Assembly: GCA_040770465.1 (NCBI GenBank) | Contig: JAXGJB010000028.1 | Span: 1-38,179 of the forward strand | Reading direction: 5' to 3' | DNA from: Methanothrix sp. | Lineage (GTDB): Archaea > Halobacteriota > Methanosarcinia > Methanotrichales > Methanotrichaceae | Length of the DNA: 38,179 nucleotides | Shown here: in pieces, positions 8,866 through 16,624 of the stretch | Numbering within the stretch: the first letter of the stretch is position 1 | Layout: every line of letters starts with the position of its first letter | Position numbers and translations under genes: made by a program | The notes under the pieces: generated by a model | Database searches by the model: none | Told to the model about the DNA's origin: nothing | The model's input: only the letters and a program-made list of their open reading frames with translations

Positions 8866-9672
8866 CTACAACGTCAAGAACAACTCCATGGCGGTCTGGT
8901 AGTCTTTCAACTTCATGAGAGCGTGGACCCTGTTGATCTTGGCCTGGGAGTAGTTGGGATTGATCTCCAGGGCCTTCTCGTAGCTTTCGAGAGCCTCGTC
9001 GTACTGGCCGCCTGCTTCCAGGGCGAGACCCATGGCGTTGTAGGCTTGATAATACTGAGGATCGATATCAATCACGGCCTCGAAATATTGTATCGAACCC
9101 ACAGGGTCGCCCGTGGCCATGACGGAGATCCCCTTCCTGTAGATCGCCTCCTTGTAGCTCGGATCTATGGCCGTCGCGTTATCAAAGGAGTTCAGTGAAT
9201 CGCTGAAATTCCCCAGACGCTGCTGGTAGTTGCCGAGATTGTACCAGTAATATTTGCTCTCTGGGTTCAGCCTTGTCGCCTCAATCTCGGAGGCAGTCGC
9301 ATTTTTGTAGTCGTTCAGCGTCGCGTAGGCACCGGCCTTTCCATCCCAAGCAGCGGTGCTGTTGGGATCGAGGACGAGAACTTTTTCGTATGAGACTATC
9401 GCTTCAGTATAATTCTTGAGCGCCTTCTGCGTGTGAGCCATGTAAAGCCACGAGTCGGTGTAGTTGGCGTCCTGGGCCACGGCCCGCTCGAAGTACCCGA
9501 GGGCTTCCTCGTAGTTTCTTTCAGAATAGAGCTTGGTTCCTTTCCAGTGAAGATATTCGGTCTCCATCTCTTCCGCAAGAGCTATCGAAGATAGCAAAAA
9601 GACGCACAAGAGTACCGCCAATATCCCCTTTAAACCATTGGATTTCAGCTTTGTTCCCTCCTTACACATCAA
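8866..9672 (-). CDS. Secreted TPR protein, paralog of the C-terminus of 3685..5775
   Basis: Signal peptide; TPRs; shares DPNS.AAWDGKAG, WYNLG.YQQ.LGNFS, YKEAIYR.GIS and ALESYEKALE.NP.YSQAK.NRV with the large TPR protein. Confidence 0.88.
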   Translation of the reverse strand: MMCKEGTKLKSNGLKGILAVLLCVFLLSSIALAEEMETEYLHWKGTKLYSERNYEEALGYFERAVAQDANYTDSWLYMAHTQKALKNYTEAIVSYEKVLVLDPNSTAAWDGKAGAYATLNDYKNATASEIEATRLNPESKYYWYNLGNYQQRLGNFSDSLNSFDNATAIDPSYKEAIYRKGISVMATGDPVGSIQYFEAVIDIDPQYYQAYNAMGLALEAGGQYDEALESYEKALEINPNYSQAKINRVHALMKLKDYQTAMELFLTL

Positions 9673-9841
9673 ATGTATCTTGATTCTGCTCTAATGCCAT
9701 TGTATTTGAACTTATGGGAAGAAAATGGCAAGATGACTCCGATTATATGGAGACGAATAAAATATTCCTTTACAAAAATGTCGGATGGTGGGTGAGGGGC
9801 CGGCCGAACCTACCGACACCTCTCAACTTTCGCCATCTGGA

Positions 9842-10813
9842 TTACAGAGGCTGCTCCTTAGACGTGTCGTTCCAGGATTCTCCCCAGGCTTTCTCGCGAC
9901 AGGTGCAGTCGAAGATCTCCTCTTCGCCCCAGAGCTTGTCGTAGTCTTCCATCGCGCCGTAGCCGCCTATGCAGCAAGAGAGCCAGTCATTTCTTGTCTT
10001 GGATCCAGAGCAGCTGGTGCAGATCTCCATGTTCTTGGTGATCTTGAAGGTGCCGATGTAGTTCTCATCGATCTCGATGAGGGGGTTCTTCCAGGCATCC
10101 CCGGATTTACAATCTGCGCCAGACTTCGTCAAGAGCTGGCCGATATGAACCTGACCTTCAGTGACATCCTCCTCTATCTTCATGCTGGTGCTGCTGAGCC
10201 CCTTTACGGGAGAGGAGCTGTAACCCTTTTGAGGCCACTTCTCTTGGTTCTTGAGTTCAACTCCTATATCCTTATTGAAAGCAGAAGCGTACTCGATCTG
10301 GTGGAGCATGGAGACACCCTGGCCATCACCACATGCAGCAGCATTGTAGTTCTTGGCCTCGGTCCTCTCCTTCAGCTTGGAGTTGAAGACTATGGGATTC
10401 TTCGCGTAGAATCCTGTTCCGTAAGCCATGGCCACCGGAGAGTAGACCATCTCGTTCTGCTCCAAGAACGATATGTTCCCCGCATGGACAGAACCATCTC
10501 CTTTGTCTTTGGTATCAATGTAAACGAGCGTGTCCCGGTCCTGGGTGCATGTTCCGCATGAGCTGGTCTGGTTCGAATTGATCAGGAAAGCTGCGTCCAT
10601 GGTGCCGCTCCCGTGCAGGTAATTGGAGAGATGGAGAGATTCGGTGTTCACCTTCTGGTAGACCATGACAAATCCTTCTCCCTCCACGTCCTGCTCCAGC
10701 TTCTGCTCGTTCTTTATGTAATAGCCCTCGTAGCAGCATTCATCGGCAGATCCAGTGGCTCCTGCAAATATCGTGAGGATTAAAACCGTCACAAATTCCC
10801 GATAGTATCTCAT
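9842..10813 (-). CDS. Secreted cysteine-rich hypothetical protein
   Basis: AGGAGG RBS; signal peptide; 12 Cys (CC, CGTC, CTSC, WLSCC, CTC); alternating beta-strand-like pattern. Confidence 0.8.
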   Translation of the reverse strand: MRYYREFVTVLILTIFAGATGSADECCYEGYYIKNEQKLEQDVEGEGFVMVYQKVNTESLHLSNYLHGSGTMDAAFLINSNQTSSCGTCTQDRDTLVYIDTKDKGDGSVHAGNISFLEQNEMVYSPVAMAYGTGFYAKNPIVFNSKLKERTEAKNYNAAACGDGQGVSMLHQIEYASAFNKDIGVELKNQEKWPQKGYSSSPVKGLSSTSMKIEEDVTEGQVHIGQLLTKSGADCKSGDAWKNPLIEIDENYIGTFKITKNMEICTSCSGSKTRNDWLSCCIGGYGAMEDYDKLWGEEEIFDCTCREKAWGESWNDTSKEQPL

Positions 10814-10950
10814 TCAAAACCCTCCTATACTCCTGCACACTCCGCACGGTCAGAAAAGGTTAAGTACTTTGTGATAGTAGACCTAACCGGATATGTCTCA
10901 GAGTCGATGAATTAGTCGACAGTTATAAGTGAAGGAAGAGGAGGACGATC

Positions 10951-10998
10951 ATGATATCATCTATGATGTCTTCGACGATGTCTTCAATGATGTCGTCG
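10951..10998 (+). repeat. Imperfect 12-bp tandem repeat x4 encoding MISS-MMSS-TMSS-MMSS
   Basis: atgatatcatct / atgatgtcttcg / acgatgtcttca / atgatgtcgtcg. Confidence 0.8.
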
Positions 10999-11205
10999 AC
11001 AGTGACCATGTTCAGCACCATCGGCCTAGCGGAGGTCAGTGTCGCATCAGTAATCTGCCTGATCATTCTCCTCAGCGCGTCTGAGATCCTGTCTGCGTCA
11101 AAGCTCTGGAACCGGCGCCTCTCCCTGTCCTTCAATCTGGCAGTTTTGCCTTTATTAGTGGCTTTTGTCGCCATCGTAGTCTTCAAAGTTGCAGAGATCC
11201 TTTGA
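10951..11205 (+). CDS. Small membrane protein: Met/Ser/Thr repeat N-terminus plus two hydrophobic helices
   Basis: TTATAAG box at about 10923 and GAGGAGG just upstream; (M/T)xSS x4 leader; hydrophobic helix, basic loop KLWNRR, second helix ending KVAEIL. Confidence 0.75.
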   Translation: MISSMMSSTMSSMMSSTVTMFSTIGLAEVSVASVICLIILLSASEILSASKLWNRRLSLSFNLAVLPLLVAFVAIVVFKVAEIL

Positions 11206-11536
11206 AGATATGTCAAGTTTAATATAACTATAGTGCTGAACCTTAGAAATAATACTTATTTGGCCTATAGATGGGCCACTGGATATCGATGGTTAGTATC
11301 AATCTTTTGGTTCAGCACTATAATTACAAAACGAGATGCGTTTAAATATTGCCGTTGTTCTTATCAAATGCACGAAATCTTTAGACTTGGATTGTACTCT
11401 TGAACGATGGCATAATGCAGTCTAGTAATTCGATTCTATCTGTTTCTAGTGGAGTCGTTGGGACGGGTGCGAAGAATGCTTCAGTCAAGTTGCGGCGGCG
11501 CACCCCGCAGCAGAGCTGCAGGGTATACGATAAAAA

Positions 11537-12718
11537 TTAAAGAAGCAGAGGTACGATCAAGAATAGAGATATGTTGGTCACTCCATGAATGAGTGTGATT
11601 AATGGCAGACTTCTTGTCCTCAAGAAGATGAGGCCGAAGACCAGTCCTGCAGAAGTTACAAAGGCCATCTCAGAATAGAGGCCGTAGCTGCTGTGCATGA
11701 AGCCGAAGAGGAGGCTTGCGACAAGCAGGCCCTTTGCCGACCCCAGCCAGTCGATGAGAGCGGTCTGGAGTACCGATCTGAAGATGAACTCCTCCACCAA
11801 GCCCACAAAGAGTACCATCACCAGAGAGAGGATGATCACTCCTTTGACGTCCGCCTGAGGGATCAGCATCTCCGGATGGATCACGCGATACTCCATCCAT
11901 CCCAAGAGAAGGCCGATTAACATCGATAAAGGGAAATAAGCCCAGAAATTGCGGAAGGTGATCCCGATCTCCTCACGGCTGAAAGTTCTGCTCTTCAAGA
12001 TCATGTAGATGGGTAGAAACATCGGAGCGTAGACAAGGGCGTAGGAGTAGAGGGTGAGCTGGAAGAAGATGGGAATCGCTGCATTCACCAGCCTGAAGAG
12101 AGGAAGGAGCATCAGAGCCTGGTGAGTCCTGCTGTCGACGAATGCCGAGGTTAAGACGAGGGCGACGAGGTTCATACCATGGACGGCGATCCCGGCTTCG
12201 ATGTGATCTTTGAATATAAGCATCTCTGCGACGATTATCAGCAAAGCTGGCAGGGTCGGGTCCCTGTAGGTGAAGACGGATTTGGCGTCCCAGACAAAAT
12301 CCGTTGCGAACCGATCTTCGATTGGAAGCTCGGCCCTCCTCGAATAGGCTGTCGCGACGGATATTAGGGTGAAGAGGACGAGAAACACCACCATCGGACC
12401 GAGCCTCAACCCCCAAGGCGAGAAGTTGAGGAGGAGGCCAATCGCGAGGGCCAAAACCAGGCTGGACGCCAAACTCAGGACCGCTCGAAGTAATCTGTTC
12501 AGCCCCCTGCGAGGGAAGAGAGCCGCCATCAAGGCGTAACCTGGGAGGAATATGGCGAGGACGAGCCCCACGGGTGCTCGGAGGGGAAGGTCCGCGAAGG
12601 GCATAACTAAAGTAAACACAGCTCCAAGAGCTGCGAGGCCCATAACTACAACGAGGTCTGAGGGGAGGGGCTCCCAGACTCTTCGTTTCGAGCTCGCGAT
12701 TTTGCTGTCCACGTTCAT
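11537..12718 (-). CDS. DUF1616-like membrane domain fused to a CPBP (type II CAAX/Abi) intramembrane protease
   Basis: N-half FLPGYALMAALFP...LNFSPWGLRL, paralogous to 14901..15848; C-half has intact EEFIFR, FGFMH and HGVTN motifs. Confidence 0.88.
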   Translation of the reverse strand: MNVDSKIASSKRRVWEPLPSDLVVVMGLAALGAVFTLVMPFADLPLRAPVGLVLAIFLPGYALMAALFPRRGLNRLLRAVLSLASSLVLALAIGLLLNFSPWGLRLGPMVVFLVLFTLISVATAYSRRAELPIEDRFATDFVWDAKSVFTYRDPTLPALLIIVAEMLIFKDHIEAGIAVHGMNLVALVLTSAFVDSRTHQALMLLPLFRLVNAAIPIFFQLTLYSYALVYAPMFLPIYMILKSRTFSREEIGITFRNFWAYFPLSMLIGLLLGWMEYRVIHPEMLIPQADVKGVIILSLVMVLFVGLVEEFIFRSVLQTALIDWLGSAKGLLVASLLFGFMHSSYGLYSEMAFVTSAGLVFGLIFLRTRSLPLITLIHGVTNISLFLIVPLLL

Positions 12719-12734
12719 CTCGTCCGTAAAAGCT

Positions 12735-13907
12735 TCACCACTTAAGATAACCTAGGATCTTAGATATCAGGCCATCATCCTCGACGGATTTTTCCTCGAC
12801 AGGCTCAGACGAGACGTTGACATCCTCGACGGCGTCGCGCTGTGCGACCGATCCCCAGGCGGTCTCGTCGGTCCACCAGGCGAGCCTTTCGGCGCCTAGG
12901 CCTTCAGCCGCATCATAGACGTCGTCGAACCTCTGATCGTATCTGGAGTAAGCCGGTTCCAGGGGCAGGAGAGACGCTGCACCCACTTCCGAGTAAGATG
13001 GATCGACATCGATCACGTCTCCGTTCTTAGTCGTCACCAGTAACCAGATGTGGTCTCGGCCGAGGTCGTTGAAGTTCGCGGCGTATGCGAAGGAAACGTT
13101 GAAACCGTGTCCCGCCAGATAATGCTCGTAGAAGGCCGCCTTCTCGAAGACGTCCAGGTTCGCGGCGAGGTTCCTGGCTGTGCTGACGTACCTGACAATT
13201 TCGTCGGTGTTATCTGCATCCGCCTTTTTCATCACTCGGTAGTACGGATCTGGGATCGAGACAGGCGGGGCGCGGTCTTCATCGCTACCAGCTCCAGAAT
13301 CGAGGATCGCTCCACCGGAGCCGGCACCTGACGGCTCCGATCGGCTCGGCTCGGCTTGAGATCCACCTATATTGACCACCTTCTCCTCGCTCCCGACCCA
13401 GATTCGGTACTCCCCTTCGGGGGCGCCCGAAGTGTCCATGACCAGCTCGTACTCGCCACTGGAGTCGGAGGTAACGGTGGTCTCAGCATCAACGGTGATA
13501 GAAACAGTAGAGGCGCCAGGCACCGCGTCGCCGAACATCTTAAGGGTGTACCTCCCCGGAGGTACGTCCGACTTTGATACCGAAGCGACTCCACCTCTCG
13601 TCGTCACTGGCATTGTAATCCAGATCCCCATCTTCACCCCGGCGATGAGGGTCTCGACGTTCCTCGCCACCACCGAGAGCCTGTTCGGCTTCTGGGGTAC
13701 CTCGATCCCGTAGGCGACGTACTCGTACTTACCGTCCTCGACCGGTATGTCCATATCGAAGCTCGACCGGATCCTCACATCTTCACCGGGAGAGGCGGTG
13801 CCCGTGATGATCACATCCTCTCCAGGAGTTGGATTCTGGGGCGAGACGTCAAAAGCGGCCACTGGCGCCACCAACATCAGAAGAAGTGCGATAATCCTCA
13901 GACTCAT
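12735..13907 (-). CDS. Secreted multidomain surface protein (beta-sandwich N-domain, Ser/Gly linker, unknown C-domain)
   Basis: Signal peptide; VSPQNPTPGEDVIITGTASPG; linker SEPSGAGSGG; amphipathic C-terminus GLISKILGYLKW; 4-bp overlap with the upstream gene. Confidence 0.82.
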   Translation of the reverse strand: MSLRIIALLLMLVAPVAAFDVSPQNPTPGEDVIITGTASPGEDVRIRSSFDMDIPVEDGKYEYVAYGIEVPQKPNRLSVVARNVETLIAGVKMGIWITMPVTTRGGVASVSKSDVPPGRYTLKMFGDAVPGASTVSITVDAETTVTSDSSGEYELVMDTSGAPEGEYRIWVGSEEKVVNIGGSQAEPSRSEPSGAGSGGAILDSGAGSDEDRAPPVSIPDPYYRVMKKADADNTDEIVRYVSTARNLAANLDVFEKAAFYEHYLAGHGFNVSFAYAANFNDLGRDHIWLLVTTKNGDVIDVDPSYSEVGAASLLPLEPAYSRYDQRFDDVYDAAEGLGAERLAWWTDETAWGSVAQRDAVEDVNVSSEPVEEKSVEDDGLISKILGYLKW

Positions 13908-14845
13908 GCTATTTCAACCTCCGTCTGGTTCATTCCAACCACAGTTCCTTCCGATATGACACAACAGGTCAGAACGTAGGTTCCAACCTCCCAGGTGTCA
14001 TCGGTGATCAGGTACAATTCGGCGGAGCCATCGGCTGAATCTTGAACGGCTGCCGCGCTATCCTCAGGAAATATCATGAGCAAATTAGCGAATAAGTCCC
14101 AGCTCGGATGGAAATCGCCCTTGATCTCAAAAACATCTTTGTTCCAGGCCACAGAGATCGTGGTATCGTTGATAGTACCGTTGCCGGTTATATTGAAGGT
14201 CAAAGCCCGATAGTCCCGATCCGATACCATGAACGCCCCAACTACCAGGGGACGTCCGTCCGACTCGTTCTCGATCTCGACGCTGATGGGAAGCAGATCG
14301 CCTGCGAAGATCTCTGAAGGAGTATCAACCTCGACCTCCATCTCGGTGACCAGGAGAGGCGAGGCGGTTAGGACCGTTGAGGAGTTCGCGTCGATGACGT
14401 ATAACGAGTAGATGCCTGGCTCAGCTCCAAGAAGGGAGAACGAAGCGTCTCCCATAGCGTTGAGCGTGAAAGGACCGAAGGTATCGAAGACGTCTGCGAC
14501 GGTGACGGGACCGGCCAATACCTCGACTGCCCCCATAAAGCTCGAATAGTGGAGCTGCGCCATGATGACGTCGACGGTTCCAGTCAGGTCACGAGCGCCG
14601 AAGAAGGTGCCCCGTATCGTCTGGTTTTGATGATAGATGGGATGAACGGAATAGGGGTAGTCCCAGTTGACTATTGGCCTTTCTAAGGTTACGGTTGGCA
14701 CCACAACAGAATTTTCTCCCAAAAGCTCGATCCAGTTTCCGTCTTCAGGGTCGCTCGCATGATGTGTTGTCTCGAAGGTTTGTGCTTGTGAAACGCCCAG
14801 GAAGATGAGGGAAAGGCATATAAGCATCATTTTCGCGAAACCCAT
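13904..14845 (-). CDS. Secreted protein resembling the TIGR04279 methanogen extracellular domain
   Basis: Signal peptide; roughly 300-aa domain with DPEDGNWIEL, YPYSVHPIY and PGIYSLYVID. The family call is from recall of such sequences, not from a search. Confidence 0.65.
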   Translation of the reverse strand: MGFAKMMLICLSLIFLGVSQAQTFETTHHASDPEDGNWIELLGENSVVVPTVTLERPIVNWDYPYSVHPIYHQNQTIRGTFFGARDLTGTVDVIMAQLHYSSFMGAVEVLAGPVTVADVFDTFGPFTLNAMGDASFSLLGAEPGIYSLYVIDANSSTVLTASPLLVTEMEVEVDTPSEIFAGDLLPISVEIENESDGRPLVVGAFMVSDRDYRALTFNITGNGTINDTTISVAWNKDVFEIKGDFHPSWDLFANLLMIFPEDSAAAVQDSADGSAELYLITDDTWEVGTYVLTCCVISEGTVVGMNQTEVEIA

Positions 14846-14900
14846 GAAGCTTGAATAGATCGATAAGAGTACTTATCTTTAACTCAGATCGAAAAATGAG

Positions 14901-15848
14901 GTGGAAGAGCTGACCAGCATAAGAAATAGCAGTTATCTGAACAGGGTACCTGCCGATCTGTTGATGGGAGCGGCCCTCGTTATTTTGACTCTGATTTGCA
15001 CCCTGGCGCCGCCACTATCCGATCTGGCCGTTGTCCGCGTCCCTGTAGGTCTCATCATGGTACTATTTCTGCCGGGCTACGCGCTGATCGCAGCACTCTT
15101 CCCTCGCGAGGATGACCTGGACGGGATAGAACGGGTCGCCCTCAGCTTCGGCCTGAGCATCGCCGTCGTGCCCCTGATAGGACTAGGGCTCAATTACACT
15201 CCATGGGGGATAAGACTCACACCCGTCGTCGTATCATTATCGGCGTTCACCATCGTCCTGTTGGCCGTAGCCCACCTTAGACGGGCCCAACTCCCCGCCG
15301 AAGAGAGGTTTTCAGTTCCCTTCCGACAGAGCCTCAACTCGACCATAGAGGAGATGACGAGGGAGGAGACGAGCAGGGTCGATAAGATTTTGACGATTAT
15401 ACTCATCTTAGCTATAATGAGCTCGATCCTAGCTCTGGTTTACGTCATAGTCACCCCAAAGCAGGGCGAGAAGTTCACCGAGTTCTACATCCTGGGGCCC
15501 GGGGGCATGGCTTACGATTACCCCACAACCGTCGCGGCAGGCGAGAACAGCACCGTGATCGTGGGGATAGTCAACCACGAGTACGCCATCGTGAACTATA
15601 CGATGGACCTTACTTTCAACAACGCGACAATAATGGAGCTTGAAGCCACGTTGGACCACAACGAGACCTGGGAGCGGCCGATATGTTATGTCTTGTTCGA
15701 TCCTGGCGAGGATCAGAAGCTTGAATTCCTCCTCTACAAAGATGGCAACTTCACGGCGCCTTATAGAGATCTCCACCTTTGGGTCGACGTCTCACCAAAT
15801 GGATCATCAGGAGAAGACCTGATCGAGCGGTTCAGACTAATAAAATAG
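14901..15848 (+). CDS. DUF1616 domain membrane protein
   Basis: LFLPGYALIAALFP, ERVALSFGLSIA, LNYTPWGIRL, FTEFYILG, GIVNHE, KLEFLLY, YRDLHLWVDV. Confidence 0.9.
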   Translation: MEELTSIRNSSYLNRVPADLLMGAALVILTLICTLAPPLSDLAVVRVPVGLIMVLFLPGYALIAALFPREDDLDGIERVALSFGLSIAVVPLIGLGLNYTPWGIRLTPVVVSLSAFTIVLLAVAHLRRAQLPAEERFSVPFRQSLNSTIEEMTREETSRVDKILTIILILAIMSSILALVYVIVTPKQGEKFTEFYILGPGGMAYDYPTTVAAGENSTVIVGIVNHEYAIVNYTMDLTFNNATIMELEATLDHNETWERPICYVLFDPGEDQKLEFLLYKDGNFTAPYRDLHLWVDVSPNGSSGEDLIERFRLIK

Positions 15849-15851
15849 TAA

Positions 15852-16010
15852 ATGTTCAAAGTGCATACGATAGTGCTGTCGGCTGACAAAGGGAACAGGT
15901 TGAGGCCCTTACCTTATCGAAGCTAAAAGTGGTGCCCCGTTGGGGAGAACCGTTCCTGGAAAATGGTTGATAGAGCGATCGGGTCAGGTGCTAACAGGTT
16001 AGTATTCGAC
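15852..16010 (+). pseudogene. Frameshifted remnant of a sugar-1-phosphate nucleotidyltransferase (GlmU/NTP-transferase N-terminus)
   Basis: Fragments across frames: VHTIVLSADKGNRLRPL / TLSKLKVV / GEPFLE / MVDRAIGSGANRLVF, resembling the consensus ILAAGxGTRLRPLT..PK...GxPxLE. Confidence 0.6.
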
Positions 16011-16624
16011 ATAATTTGGACTCAATCAAAGATCATTTCGAGCCGGCGTTAAGTTCGGGGCTGAGATAGAGGACATCGTCCAATATGACCACCTCAGCAA
16101 AGGTTTCCTTTCTTTTGAATATGGCGACGGCAGAACCGGTGCATTCGATCGGTTCATGAGGATGACCGTTAAAGGAGGTGATGCCTGGCGAGGCCGGACC
16201 TTCGGGGAGAGGTTCCATTCGCATATAAAGGACCCTTTTCCTATTCCATTGCCAATTCGCTCTCCAGGCCATCCAACAAGGAGGCACGAGTAACCGAGTG
16301 CCGAACTATAGGCAGCGGTCTGCCGCCCTCATATGCCGCTCCGCGCCAGTGGGAGGGGGAAAAACACCGGGGGAGCTTCCCAGTGAGCACGCCTCGGGCA
16401 CCCCCCATCGTCACCATCATCATCTCTGCAAAATTCGAGGCGCCGAGTGCTCGATCCACCGAGATCCCCGCCGCCCCGTCGGTCGGCGCCGAGGGCGGGG
16501 CAGCTGGCGCCCTCCATAAATAAAGATGGAATGATCAGCCCCATCCCGTTCGCTTCAATCGCACCTGACCATCCCGCAAAGGCTTTACCCTACCCGCCCA
16601 GATCTTGGAGCGGAGAGTTGCTGG

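Noticed and set aside
9785-10561. Long shadow ORFs (9785..10561 +, 22059..22883 +, 22912..23673 +, 7016..7708 -, 27004..27888 +, 16775..17509 -)
   Set aside because: They lie antisense or out of frame to well-supported genes in GC-rich DNA and carry no motifs.
9842-10813. c-type cytochrome call from the CGTC and CTSC motifs
   Set aside because: Neither is followed by His, so there is no CxxCH heme-binding motif.
12735-14845. PGF-CTERM/archaeosortase substrates
   Set aside because: No PGF motif + TM helix + basic tail at the C-termini of these secreted proteins.
16030-16620. Cobalamin riboswitch, other ncRNA or small ORFs upstream of mmp10
   Set aside because: Only a short CACTGGGAAG-like match and GC-rich stems; I could not build the consensus structure, and the ORFs have no motifs. 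An Rfam cmscan would settle it.
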